Positions 48,728 through 58,272 of a stretch of DNA of 64,000 nt are shown in pieces. Numbering within the stretch: the first letter of the stretch is position 1; every line of letters starts with the position of its first letter. Origin of the DNA: Hyphomicrobiales bacterium (GTDB taxonomy: Bacteria; Pseudomonadota; Alphaproteobacteria; Rhizobiales; JACESI01); the NCBI GenBank assembly GCA_039973685.1, contig JBDWKL010000050.1, positions 1,766-65,765 of the forward strand. The letters are read 5' to 3'. Below the pieces are notes generated by a model that was not told where the DNA came from, ran no database searches, and worked only from the letters and a program-made list of their open reading frames with translations. The translations under genes and the position numbers were made by a program.

Positions 48728-48765
48728 GCGTTTCAACTGATTTCAAAGTAAATTCAAACGTAGAC

Positions 48766-49152
48766 CTATGAACGCCCTAGCGTCATGCCCTCTGGCAAAG
48801 TTGCAGGTATCAGTTCAACTGATTCACCGCATCCGCAAGCCGATGTTTGGTTTGGATTTTTAAACACAAAGCCCGTTCTGAACTTTGTCACTTCAAAATC
48901 AACCTCGGTGCCAAGCAGAAACAAGATCGCTTTGCTGTCGATATAGACGTTACCTTCATCAAAGGTTACGACATCATCGCCCTTCTCGCCGCCTTCAGTG
49001 AGGTCGACGGTGTATTCCATACCCGCACAGCCGCCGTTCTTAACGCCAATGCGAATGCCATCAGCACTCTCAGCATTTTCCATAAGTTCACCCAAACGCG
49101 CCTTGGCTGCGTCTGTGGCTGTTAGAATTTCTAAACCTAAACCACCGAACAT
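48766..49152 (-). CDS. sufA: A-type iron-sulfur cluster carrier (SufA/IscA/HesB family)
   Basis: GCAGMEY and the C-terminal SACGCGES cysteine motif. Last gene of the suf operon. Confidence 0.85.
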   Translation of the reverse strand: MFGGLGLEILTATDAAKARLGELMENAESADGIRIGVKNGGCAGMEYTVDLTEGGEKGDDVVTFDEGNVYIDSKAILFLLGTEVDFEVTKFRTGFVFKNPNQTSACGCGESVELIPATLPEGMTLGRS

Positions 49153-49165
49153 AGAAAACTCCTGC

Positions 49166-49558
49166 TTAGTACCAGTTAAGGGCCACTTGTGCTTCTTCAG
49201 ACATGCGGCTCATATCCCATGGGGGATCAAATACCATGTTGACGTTAACAATCCCGATACCGTCTACCGATGAAATGGCATTTTCTACCCAAATCGGCAT
49301 TTCGCCAGCAACCGGACAACCAGGTGCAGTCAATGTCATGTCAACTTCCACATTGCGATCATCTGAGATGTCGACCTTGTAGATCAAGCCGAGTTCATAC
49401 ACATCAACTGGAATTTCTGGGTCATAAACCGTTTTCACCGCAGCAATAATATCTGTGGTTAGCTGCTCAAGCTCTGCTTGCGGAATAGCAGATTTCTGCA
49501 ATTCTTCGGCAGGTGCCGCCTCAATCCGGTTTGATGTTTCGTCGTTTGAATCAGCCAT
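49166..49558 (-). CDS. sufT: SUF system Fe-S assembly protein SufT (DUF59/MIP18)
   Basis: VYDPEIPVDVYELGLIY and TLTAPGCPVAGEM. Start set at MADSND; the ORF track extends into sufS. Confidence 0.85.
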   Translation of the reverse strand: MADSNDETSNRIEAAPAEELQKSAIPQAELEQLTTDIIAAVKTVYDPEIPVDVYELGLIYKVDISDDRNVEVDMTLTAPGCPVAGEMPIWVENAISSVDGIGIVNVNMVFDPPWDMSRMSEEAQVALNWY

Positions 49559-49580
49559 TTTCTCGTTTCCGTCTTGGGTC

Positions 49581-50810
49581 TCAGCTAAAGAAGTCTTGGG
49601 CTTTTTTGAGGGCTTGCGCCAGAACATCGACTTCTTCCTTGGTGTTATACATACCAAATGATGCCCTACATGTGGAGGTTACACCAAATCTTTGCAAGAG
49701 GGGTTGAACACAATGTGTACCTGCCCGAACCGCTACACCTGCGCGGTCAATCACCATCGACACATCATGGGCATGAATGCCTTCAAGCTCAAAGGAGAAA
49801 ATCGCGCCCTTGCCTTCAGCCTCACCAATAACCCGCACAGAGTTCATCTCTCCAAGGCGACCTTTGGTATAAGCAGTCAATTCAGTTTCATGCGCTGCAA
49901 TGTTTTCACGGCCAATGCTGTCCATATAATCAAGGGCAGCGCCCAGACCAATCGCTTGTGCAATTGGCGGTGTACCGGCCTCAAAACGATGCGGAGGGTC
50001 ATTGTACGTCACACCATCGGTCGTGACGTCTTTAATCATCTCACCACCACCCATATAAGGCGGCATTTCCTTCAGCAAATCCATCTTACCGTAAAGAACG
50101 CCGATACCTGACGGGCCGTATAGTTTATGGCCAGTAACACAGTAAAAATCAGCATCAAGGTCTTGCACATCAACAGGCATGTGAACCGCACCCTGCGAGC
50201 CATCCACCATGACGGGAACGCCTTTAGAATGGGCGAAGGCACAAACCTCTTTTAGTGGCACAACAGTACCAAGCGCATTGGACATATGCGTGATGGCAAC
50301 AATCTTGGTGCGGTCAGAAAACAGTGCCTTGAATTCATCCATCAAGAAATTGCCGTCGTCATCCACTGGCGCCCATTTAATCACGGCACCCTTGTGTTCG
50401 CGCAGATAATGCCACGGCACAATGTTGGAATGGTGCTCCATGATCGAGAGGATGATCTCGTCACCCTCTTCAATATTCGCAGCCCCATAAGAATGAGCAA
50501 CAAGATTGATTGCTTCTGTTGAAGAGCGGGTGAAAATGATCTCATCCACACTGTCAGCATTCAAGAAAGAACGAACTTTCTCGCGAGCAGATTCATATGA
50601 ATCCGTCGTCGCATTTGATAGAAAATGAAGGCCACGGTGAACGTTTGAATATTCATTCGAATAGACGTTATTCACTGCATCAATAACAGCAGTCGGCTTT
50701 TGTGCCGACGCACCATTATCTAGATAAACCAGAGGCTTACCGTAAACCTCACGCGAAAGAATTGGAAAATCCGCGCGGACTTTTTCTATGTCATAATTAG
50801 CCATTCGCAT
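49581..50810 (-). CDS. sufS: Cysteine desulfurase SufS
   Basis: NGASAQKP, PLP Lys in TGHKLYGPSGIG, and active-site RAGTHCVQP. Confidence 0.95.
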   Translation of the reverse strand: MRMANYDIEKVRADFPILSREVYGKPLVYLDNGASAQKPTAVIDAVNNVYSNEYSNVHRGLHFLSNATTDSYESAREKVRSFLNADSVDEIIFTRSSTEAINLVAHSYGAANIEEGDEIILSIMEHHSNIVPWHYLREHKGAVIKWAPVDDDGNFLMDEFKALFSDRTKIVAITHMSNALGTVVPLKEVCAFAHSKGVPVMVDGSQGAVHMPVDVQDLDADFYCVTGHKLYGPSGIGVLYGKMDLLKEMPPYMGGGEMIKDVTTDGVTYNDPPHRFEAGTPPIAQAIGLGAALDYMDSIGRENIAAHETELTAYTKGRLGEMNSVRVIGEAEGKGAIFSFELEGIHAHDVSMVIDRAGVAVRAGTHCVQPLLQRFGVTSTCRASFGMYNTKEEVDVLAQALKKAQDFFS

Positions 50811-51939
50811 CCAACCAGCTGTCGATCACATCAACCATAGCGCTTTCCAACGCTTCATTGTTGATGTCTTCAACGATCTCATCCACGAAACCTTTGATAA
50901 GTAGCGCGCGCGCCTCCCGCTCAGGAATACCGCGAGACATCAAATAGAACATGTAGCTTGGCTCAATATCCGCAAATGTCGCGCCGTGGCCACACAGCAC
51001 ATCGTCTGCAAAAATTTCAAGCTCAGGCTTGGTCGAGAAATTACCATCATCAGACAGAAGCAACGTGTTACATGCCATCTTCGCGTCTGTTTTTTGAGCG
51101 ATTTGAGCAACGCGGATTTTGCCTTGGAAGATACCGTGACCTTTGCCGACAACCACATTGCGCAGAATTTCTTCTGACTCTGTGTTTGGTACAGAGTGGT
51201 GCAGATCCATCGTTACATCAATGTGCTGATTGTCACCGATCAGGTTCACGCCACGAAGCTGGAAATCTGCCCCCTCACCTGCAACCGTCACATTCACTTC
51301 CTGACGGATCAATTGACCACCAGCATTGAGAATGAAGATTGTAAGTTTAGCGTTCGCACCAAGGCTGACATTGATTTGGCCAAGATGGGTCGAGGCGCGG
51401 TCTGTTTGCTGAGAAATCACATAAGTAACCTCAGCATCATCACCAACTGTGAGGTTAGTCACCGTGGTCGAAAAACCTTCAACAGCGCCATGATGTTCAA
51501 TAACAGTGCCTTTAGCACCATTTCCAATATCTATCGCATTGCGCGTGTGTGTCGCGCCATTTGATACCATCGCTGGGACCAAAAACGGTGAGCCACTTGC
51601 ATCACCAAGGATAGAGAGTTCGACACCCTTGGTTGCAAATGATGCATTCAATTTGCCGATGGCATCATCATCACTAAAGTCGCTGGCAGCTTTTGGCGCA
51701 TCACCTGCTTCAAGCAAGTTACAGCCAGTAAACATGGCAACATCGCCAACCTCAGGGTCAACCGTGGTTGCAGGCACAGCTTTAAGCAGCGTGCGAAGAT
51801 CTGTGTAGTGCCAGCTTTCAATGCGGCGTGTTGGCAGGCCAGATTCTTTGAGCGAGCCGAGCACGTCATCATTTTGGCTTTCAATACCAAACAGCGTTTC
51901 TTCGGCAGCCGTATGTTTGATCATAGGAACAACAGTCAT
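50797..51939 (-). CDS. sufD: Fe-S cluster assembly protein SufD
   Basis: The C-terminal TKPELEIFADDVLCGHGAT...LMSRGIPEREARALL is canonical SufD. Overlaps sufS by 14 nt. Confidence 0.9.
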   Translation of the reverse strand: MTVVPMIKHTAAEETLFGIESQNDDVLGSLKESGLPTRRIESWHYTDLRTLLKAVPATTVDPEVGDVAMFTGCNLLEAGDAPKAASDFSDDDAIGKLNASFATKGVELSILGDASGSPFLVPAMVSNGATHTRNAIDIGNGAKGTVIEHHGAVEGFSTTVTNLTVGDDAEVTYVISQQTDRASTHLGQINVSLGANAKLTIFILNAGGQLIRQEVNVTVAGEGADFQLRGVNLIGDNQHIDVTMDLHHSVPNTESEEILRNVVVGKGHGIFQGKIRVAQIAQKTDAKMACNTLLLSDDGNFSTKPELEIFADDVLCGHGATFADIEPSYMFYLMSRGIPEREARALLIKGFVDEIVEDINNEALESAMVDVIDSWLDANG

Positions 51940-51948
51940 GAGTTCGCC

Positions 51949-52704
51949 TTACGCAGCTTGAGTAATGATGTCGTTATAGCCGTTTGCTTCAAGCTCAAGC
52001 GCAAGTGACTTGTCGCCTGACTTGATGATTTGACCTTTGTAAAGAACATGCACTGTGTCTGGCACAATGTGCTCAAGCAGACGCTGGTAGTGAGTGATCA
52101 CAAGGAAGCCACGGTTTTCAGCACGAAGCGCATTCACGCCTTCTGAAACGATTTTAAGCGCATCAATATCGAGACCTGAATCGGTTTCATCAAGAACACA
52201 AAGCTGCGGGTTCAAAAGCGCCATTTGCAAAATTTCTGCACGCTTCTTCTCACCACCAGAAAAACCAACGTTAAGCGGGCGTTTCAGCATGTTCATGTCG
52301 ATTTTAAGCTGACCAGCGGCCTCTTTCACAAGACGAATAAAGTCAGGCGTTGGAAGCTCTTCTTCACCACGCGCTTTGCGCTGTGCGTTCATGGCTGTTT
52401 TGAGGAACGTCATGGTCGGCACACCTGGAATTTCTACAGGGTACTGAAACGCCAAGAAAACACCAGTTGCAGCGCGTTCAGCTGGGTCCATCTCAAGGAT
52501 GTTCTCGCCATTGAACAAGATCTCGCCTTCGGTCACTTCGTAATCGTCACGACCTGCAAGAATGTAAGAAAGCGTCGACTTACCAGAACCGTTGGGGCCC
52601 ATAATCGCTGCCACTTCGCCCTGCTTTACGCTTAAGCTAAGGCCACGAATGATTTCTGTTCCATCTTCCTCAATACGAGCGTGGAGGTTTTTAATTTCTA
52701 GCAT
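51949..52704 (-). CDS. sufC: Fe-S cluster assembly ATPase SufC
   Basis: Walker A GPNGSGKST, signature FSGGEKKR, and Walker B LCVLDETDSGLD. Confidence 0.96.
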   Translation of the reverse strand: MLEIKNLHARIEEDGTEIIRGLSLSVKQGEVAAIMGPNGSGKSTLSYILAGRDDYEVTEGEILFNGENILEMDPAERAATGVFLAFQYPVEIPGVPTMTFLKTAMNAQRKARGEEELPTPDFIRLVKEAAGQLKIDMNMLKRPLNVGFSGGEKKRAEILQMALLNPQLCVLDETDSGLDIDALKIVSEGVNALRAENRGFLVITHYQRLLEHIVPDTVHVLYKGQIIKSGDKSLALELEANGYNDIITQAA

Positions 52705-52810
52705 TTTTCTTGTCCTTCGTCATTGCGTGGCTCAAGCCCGCAACCCAATTTTAATTTTCAAATTCGCTCCGTAGATTGCCGCCTCATGGGCGGCAACGAC
52801 CACGCACTTA

Positions 52811-54280
52811 TTAGCCAACCGACCCTTCAAGCGAGATCGAGATCAGCTTTTGTGCTTCAACCGCAAATTCCATTGGAAGTTCTTGGATCACTTCACGCAC
52901 GAAGCCGTTGACGATGAGCGCTGTTGCTTCTTCTTCGTCGATGCCGCGTTGCATACAGTAAAACAGTTGATCTTCAGAAATTTTCGACGTCGTCGCCTCA
53001 TGCTCAAACTGAGCAGACGAATTCTTCGCTTCAATGTAAGGCACGGTGTGTGCGCCACATTGATCACCAATCAGCAGTGAATCACACTGGGTGAAGTTGC
53101 GCGCGTCGGTTGCTTTACGGTGCGCTGATACTTGGCCGCGATAGGTGTTAGAACTGTTACCAGCTGAGATACCTTTAGAGATGATCCGGCTCTTGGTGTT
53201 CTTGCCCAAGTGGATCATTTTTGTTCCAGAATCAATTTGCTGACGACCGTTGGAAACAGCGATTGAGTAGAACTCACCCTGTGAACCATCGCCGCGCAAA
53301 ATGCAGCTTGGGTATTTCCAAGTGATCGCAGAACCAGTTTCAACCTGTGTCCAAGAAATCTTAGAATTCTTACCGCGACAATCACCGCGCTTGGTCACGA
53401 AGTTATAGATGCCGCCTTTGCCGTCTTTATCACCGGGGTACCAGTTTTGAACGGTTGAATATTTGATTTCAGCTTCATCCATTGTCACCAATTCAACAAC
53501 GGCTGCGTGTAGCTGGTTTTCATCACGCTGAGGCGCTGTACAGCCCTCAAGGTAAGAAACATAACCACCCTCTTCACAGATAATAAGCGTGCGCTCAAAC
53601 TGACCTGTGTTTTCCTCATTGATGCGGAAATAGGTAGAGAGCTCCATCGGGCAGCGTGTGTTCTTCGGAATGAAGACGAATGAACCGTCAGAGAAGACCG
53701 CAGAATTGAGTGTCGCGTAGTAGTTATCCGTTACAGGTACCACAGTACCAAGATACTTTTTCACGAGTTCAGGGTGCTCATGCACCGCTTCTGAAATCGG
53801 CATGAAGATCACACCTTTTTCTTTCAACTCTTTTTGGAATGTCGTCACCACAGAAACACTATCGAACACCGCATCCACAGCAACACGGCGCTCTTGCACG
53901 CCTGCTAAGATTTCTTGTTCACCGAGCGGAATGCCGAGTTTCTTGTATGTTTCAAGAAGCTCAGGATCAACATCATCAAGCGTTTTCGGGCCTTCTGTCG
54001 ATTTTGGACGAGAATAATAATAGATGTCGTCAAAGTCGATTTCAGGATAATCAACCCGCGCCCAATCTGGCTCTTCCATGGTCAACCAACGACGATAAGC
54101 ATCGAGGCGCCATTCAAGCATCCACTCGGGCTCTTTGTTTTGCGCAGAGATATAGCGAACAATATCTTCGCTCAGACCTTTAGGGGCCTTTTCGCTTTCG
54201 ATATCGGTGACAAAACCATATTTATACTGGTCAACGTCTATTTCTTTGACCTGATCGATGGTTTCCTGAACAGCAGGCAT
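52811..54280 (-). CDS. sufB: Fe-S cluster assembly scaffold SufB
   Basis: [20 protein letters not shown] and the C-terminal [15 protein letters not shown] are canonical SufB. Confidence 0.96.
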   Translation of the reverse strand: MPAVQETIDQVKEIDVDQYKYGFVTDIESEKAPKGLSEDIVRYISAQNKEPEWMLEWRLDAYRRWLTMEEPDWARVDYPEIDFDDIYYYSRPKSTEGPKTLDDVDPELLETYKKLGIPLGEQEILAGVQERRVAVDAVFDSVSVVTTFQKELKEKGVIFMPISEAVHEHPELVKKYLGTVVPVTDNYYATLNSAVFSDGSFVFIPKNTRCPMELSTYFRINEENTGQFERTLIICEEGGYVSYLEGCTAPQRDENQLHAAVVELVTMDEAEIKYSTVQNWYPGDKDGKGGIYNFVTKRGDCRGKNSKISWTQVETGSAITWKYPSCILRGDGSQGEFYSIAVSNGRQQIDSGTKMIHLGKNTKSRIISKGISAGNSSNTYRGQVSAHRKATDARNFTQCDSLLIGDQCGAHTVPYIEAKNSSAQFEHEATTSKISEDQLFYCMQRGIDEEEATALIVNGFVREVIQELPMEFAVEAQKLISISLEGSVG

Positions 54281-54318
54281 ATGATGCTCCGTAGTCGACC
54301 CACATTTAAAGGGGCCAG

Positions 54319-54341
54319 TTTAGAAAGTTTCTAGTTTAGAA
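54319..54341. promoter_or_regulatory. Irr-type iron control element (ICE)-like palindrome upstream of sufB
   Basis: TTTAGAA-AGT-TTCTAGT at 54319-54335 matches 12 of the 14 specified positions of the ICE consensus TTTAGAA-N3-TTCTAAA. A further TTTAGAA lies at 54335-54341. The site is 39 nt upstream of the sufB ATG. Confidence 0.5.
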
Positions 54342-54430
54342 TTGATATAAACTACTGCTCGAGAATTGGAAGGGGTTAACGAAAATTTATTTTATGAGTT
54401 AATTAATCAGGTTATATAAGAAAGCAAGCA

Positions 54431-54526
54431 ATGCAATCAAATATCGAGATAAAACCTGCCACTCTCGACGATCTACCTGCCATCAAGTCTTGCGCTGAGG
54501 CAGTCTATCAAATCTACGTGCGCTAA
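54431..54526 (+). pseudogene. Possible N-terminal remnant of a GNAT acetyltransferase
   Basis: A 31-codon ORF, MQSNIEIKPATLDDLPAIKSCAEAVYQIYVR-stop, resembles the first beta strand and alpha1 helix of GNAT proteins. It is then cut off 5 nt before the convergent desulfurase gene end. Confidence 0.3.
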
Positions 54527-54530
54527 TTGA

Positions 54531-55655
54531 TCAAGAACTTGGAAGTCCAAGAAGTTTGGCGGTCGCCGCAATAAACCCATCAATATCCGCTGCATCGCTA
54601 TTCCATCCTGTTGAGACGCGAATAGCACCAGCCGCTTGTTCTTGCGGTACCCCCATCGCCTCAAGCACATGGGATGCACCCACCTTACCAGACGAACAAG
54701 CCGAGCCAGATGAAACGGCAATGCCCGCCATGTCGTAGGAGATAACGGCCGTTTCCGCCCGTTTATTTGGGAGCGAAAAGCATGTGGTGTTTGGCAACCG
54801 AGGAACATCTTCTGCGAAGATCACAATTTCATTAGAAAGCGCTTTGAGGCCCTGCTCTAACCGTGTTTGCAATGAGCTATCAGCGGGCATTTGTGAGAGT
54901 ACGTCTTCTGCAGCAATACCAAAACCTTCGATGCCAGCAACATTCTCCGTGCCACCACGATAGCCAAGCTCCTGCCCGCCACCTGTCAAAAGGGCTGGAA
55001 TACCAACGCCCACCTGTCGACGGATCAACGCACCAACACCTTGCGGCCCGCCAACTTTATGGGCGGATACTGTCATGCTGTCAGCTTCTAGCTCAAAAAT
55101 ATCAATCGGAATTTTACCAGCCGCCTGCACCGCATCAACGTGGAGGAAACCATCGCGCGCATGAACAATTTCAGCGATAGCGCCAATCGGCTGGATCACG
55201 CCCGTCTCATTGTTCGCCAGCATGACACTCACAAACGGCATTTCAACATCAGCCAAAAGGTGCGCCATCTTTTCAAGATCAACAATCCCGTATTCATCAA
55301 CGGGCAGATGATGCATCTGTTCTTTTGGAAAACGGCCACCAGCAAGAATGCACGGGTGCTCCACCGCTGAGACATAAAGCGAGGTGAATATCTTAATGTC
55401 TGAACCAAACTGAACGCGGGGCGACAAGGCCATGTTGTTAGCTTCTGTCCCGCCACTGGTAAACACCACAGCTTTAGGGTCAGCCCCCAAAAGAGCTGCC
55501 ACTTTTTCGCGGGCAGCCTCAATCACCTTCCGCCCCTGCCGTCCTTCTTGATGGACAGAAGAAGGATTAAGCGGCGTGCCAAGGCGATTCATCAGCGCTT
55601 CTTTGACCGAAGGACGAAGCGGAGATGTGGCATTATGATCGAGATAAATACGCAT
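54531..55655 (-). CDS. Cysteine desulfurase (NifS/IscS-like, class V)
   Basis: IYLDHNATSP, PLP Lys in SAHKVGGPQGVGAL, and active-site SSGSACSSG. Start set at MRIYLDHNAT; the ORF track extends to 55754. Confidence 0.9.
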   Translation of the reverse strand: MRIYLDHNATSPLRPSVKEALMNRLGTPLNPSSVHQEGRQGRKVIEAAREKVAALLGADPKAVVFTSGGTEANNMALSPRVQFGSDIKIFTSLYVSAVEHPCILAGGRFPKEQMHHLPVDEYGIVDLEKMAHLLADVEMPFVSVMLANNETGVIQPIGAIAEIVHARDGFLHVDAVQAAGKIPIDIFELEADSMTVSAHKVGGPQGVGALIRRQVGVGIPALLTGGGQELGYRGGTENVAGIEGFGIAAEDVLSQMPADSSLQTRLEQGLKALSNEIVIFAEDVPRLPNTTCFSLPNKRAETAVISYDMAGIAVSSGSACSSGKVGASHVLEAMGVPQEQAAGAIRVSTGWNSDAADIDGFIAATAKLLGLPSS

Positions 55656-55752
55656 ATTAGTTGGATTTACAGTTTTTTTGACCCAAATTGCACGAAAAAC
55701 TTGAAAGTTGCCCCCCCTTTCGTGGTAAAGGCCGTGATTACGCCTCTCTAAC

Positions 55753-56496
55753 ATGAGCTTGTTTTATATGCCCGAAATTATTTTTAATGGTCCCGCCGGT
55801 CGCATCGAAGGTCGTTATCAGCCTTCTAGAGAAAAAAACGCACCGCTCGCGCTTCTACTCCACCCGCATCCGCGCTTTGGTGGCAACATGAACAACAAGA
55901 TCATTTATGACTTGTTTTACATGTATGTAGATCGTGGTTTCGCGGCTTTGCGTTTTAACTTCCGTGGTGTTGGTCGTTCGCAAGGTGCCTTTGATCATGG
56001 TACAGGCGAATTGTCTGATGCAGCGGCGGCTCTTGATTGGGTGCAAACCATTCACCCAGATGCGCGCGGCGTATGGATTACAGGTTTCTCATTTGGTGCT
56101 TGGATCGGCATGCAGCTTTTGATGCGTCGCCCAGAGGTTGAAGGTTTCATCTCTATCGCACCACCAACCAACCTGCACGATTTCGCTTTCCTCGCGCCCT
56201 GCCCGTCAGATGGTCTGATCATTCATGGTGACCAAGACAAAGTGGTGCCGATGAAAGACACCCAAGCGCTGATTGACAAACTTGGCACACAAAAAGGCAT
56301 CACCATTGATCACACAGTGATCCCAGGTGCGAACCACTTCTTTGAAAATCACGTGGAAGAATTGGTCGACAATTGCTCAAACTATATCGATGTCCGCATG
56401 GGCGTTGCAGAGCGTATGCAAATGTTGCCACCTCCAACAGCGGAACTTCCATCGCTTGAAGACATGGACTTCGGCGATGATGGCGACGGCGAATAA
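55753..56496 (+). CDS. Alpha/beta hydrolase fold protein
   Basis: Nucleophile elbow GFSFGAW, HGDQDKVVP, and a late His (GANHFF). Acidic C-terminal tail. Confidence 0.8.
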   Translation: MSLFYMPEIIFNGPAGRIEGRYQPSREKNAPLALLLHPHPRFGGNMNNKIIYDLFYMYVDRGFAALRFNFRGVGRSQGAFDHGTGELSDAAAALDWVQTIHPDARGVWITGFSFGAWIGMQLLMRRPEVEGFISIAPPTNLHDFAFLAPCPSDGLIIHGDQDKVVPMKDTQALIDKLGTQKGITIDHTVIPGANHFFENHVEELVDNCSNYIDVRMGVAERMQMLPPPTAELPSLEDMDFGDDGDGE

Positions 56497-56523
56497 ACGC
56501 CTAACGCTTATCTTTGAATTTTT

Positions 56524-56556
56524 AAAAAACGGCTGAAAAACCTTCAGCCGTTTTTT
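56524..56556. terminator. Bidirectional rho-independent terminator
   Basis: AAAAAA-CGGCTGAA / AAACC loop / TTCAGCCG-TTTTTT. It lies between convergent genes, and the right arm overlaps the last codons of the minus-strand ORF. Confidence 0.75.
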
Positions 56557-57008
56557 ATTGCGTGCTTTTCAGCCGCTTTTCGCGCAGTACGCACGCCGAA
56601 ACTAAAACTCAAGTAACTAACAAGCATAGAAATCAAACACACCACGGCTATAAAAATGCCCAATATGGCCGGATTGATTAGGCTGAGGTATGAAATCAGT
56701 TCTGGAAAAAACAGCAAGATGACGACGGCAAACGATCCGTTGATGGCCAGTTGAATTCCAGTGAAAACGGCTGAAAATTTGATTGTCTCACCAATTCCAG
56801 CACTCCGTTCTTCCGATTTATAGAAATAATAACCTGCCAACATCGCCGGAACCCATAGCCCAATAAGGCTCGTGCCCGTTGACGAATTCAAATTGAATAA
56901 GGCTGATAAGATAAAGGCAAGTGCGGCAACTATTATAATAACAATCAATGCATAAAGTGCGTATTTCCTATAGAGCAGCATTTCGTCTTTCCACTTCAAT
57001 TTGTCCAA
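56544..57008 (-). CDS. Hypothetical four-TM membrane protein
   Basis: 154-aa ORF with four clear hydrophobic helices. No motif recognised. GC is lower than its neighbours (33-43% in sampled lines). Confidence 0.6.
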   Translation of the reverse strand: MDKLKWKDEMLLYRKYALYALIVIIIVAALAFILSALFNLNSSTGTSLIGLWVPAMLAGYYFYKSEERSAGIGETIKFSAVFTGIQLAINGSFAVVILLFFPELISYLSLINPAILGIFIAVVCLISMLVSYLSFSFGVRTARKAAEKHAIKNG

Positions 57009-57017
57009 ATAAAATCA

Positions 57018-58091
57018 TCATTGCGCACTTAACACTCCGCCCGTGATTGGTTCTTTTACACCCGTTGTGCCGGGGAATGTGAGTGGCAAGCCTTGCTCCA
57101 CACGCGCGGCAAGATAAGCAAAAGCAATTGCTTCCAGAAAATCACTGTCATAGCCCAGCACTTCAACATTTTGAGGCTCGAGGCCACTTGCCGCTTGGAG
57201 CATACGCAGCATCGTTAGATTGTTCGCCCCGCCGCCAGCCACATAAAGCGATTGGATGCCACGCCCTTCCAAGGCTTTTGCAATTGTGTGGGCAGAGAAC
57301 GCCGTCAATGTCGCAGCACCATTTGCCAAAGACGCTCTGTCTAATGCCATCATGTCAAATGTATCACGGTCGAGGGATTTTGGCGCAGGCCGTTCGAAAT
57401 AAGGGTGGGCAAGCAGATCCACCAGAACCGCCTCAACAACAGTGCCCTCGCCTGCAACCCTGCCCCACTGATCAAAGGTGCGAGAAGTGCGCGAGCGCAT
57501 CCAATCATCGACCAAGGCATTACCAGGCCCAGTGTCAAAGGCATCAAGACTATCAGCACCAACAATAGTAACATTCGCCACGCCGCCAATATTGACGATT
57601 GCCGCAGGTAGCTGTGCATCACTGACTAACGCTTGATGAAATACCGGCACCAAAGGCGCACCTTCGCCGCCTGCTTTAACGTCAGCCGTGCGAAAATCAT
57701 AAGCAACACGAATACCAAGCTTGCGCGCCAGCGCTTCGCCATCACCAATTTGCACTGTGATACCATCTTGGGGTGCATGATAGAGCGTTTGACCATGAAA
57801 GCCGACCAAATCAACGTCTTCGGCTTTAAGTCCAGCATCATCCATAAGCTCTTTTATAGCGTCACCATGTTTGGCGGTGATCATGTTTTCAGCGTCTTTG
57901 ACCAAACCATCACCCCGCCCGTTTTCACGACAGGCAGCCATCGCGTCCACCAGAAGACCACGGTCGGATTTTGTGTATTTCAAAAAATGAGTTGCCCCAG
58001 CACGGCCAACACTCACACCATCAGTTTCAAGTACCGCAACATCAATGCCGTCCATCGATGTACCACTCATGGTGCCAATTATTGTCTTCAT
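57018..58091 (-). CDS. anmK: Anhydro-N-acetylmuramic acid kinase
   Basis: IIGTMSGTSMDGIDVAVL, NIGGVANV and FDTGPGNALVDDW. Start set at MKTIIG. Confidence 0.92.
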   Translation of the reverse strand: MKTIIGTMSGTSMDGIDVAVLETDGVSVGRAGATHFLKYTKSDRGLLVDAMAACRENGRGDGLVKDAENMITAKHGDAIKELMDDAGLKAEDVDLVGFHGQTLYHAPQDGITVQIGDGEALARKLGIRVAYDFRTADVKAGGEGAPLVPVFHQALVSDAQLPAAIVNIGGVANVTIVGADSLDAFDTGPGNALVDDWMRSRTSRTFDQWGRVAGEGTVVEAVLVDLLAHPYFERPAPKSLDRDTFDMMALDRASLANGAATLTAFSAHTIAKALEGRGIQSLYVAGGGANNLTMLRMLQAASGLEPQNVEVLGYDSDFLEAIAFAYLAARVEQGLPLTFPGTTGVKEPITGGVLSAQ

Positions 58092-58272
58092 GGGGTTCTC
58101 TCGTTCCAAATCACAATCATTTGGCCAAGCCTAAACGCTTCGGCAAGTTGGCAACAGAAGAAAAACGCAAAGTTTTTGCAAATCAACGACAAAGGCGCTA
58201 TTCACCGGACAACCAACGGCCAAGCGGCCAATTAAAAACCAATCCTACTTCAAGAAAAGTGACCTGTCGGGC

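Noticed and set aside
58118-58232. Repeated TTGGCCAA/GGCCAAGCGGCCAA motifs upstream of tyrS, considered as a T-box or attenuator leader.
   Set aside because: T-box leaders are not expected in alphaproteobacteria. No specifier or terminator-antiterminator architecture is visible, and the motif is a short self-complementary octamer.
57083-58235. Plus-strand ORFs of 161 and 200 aa opposite anmK.
   Set aside because: These are antisense shadows of anmK, which has canonical motifs.
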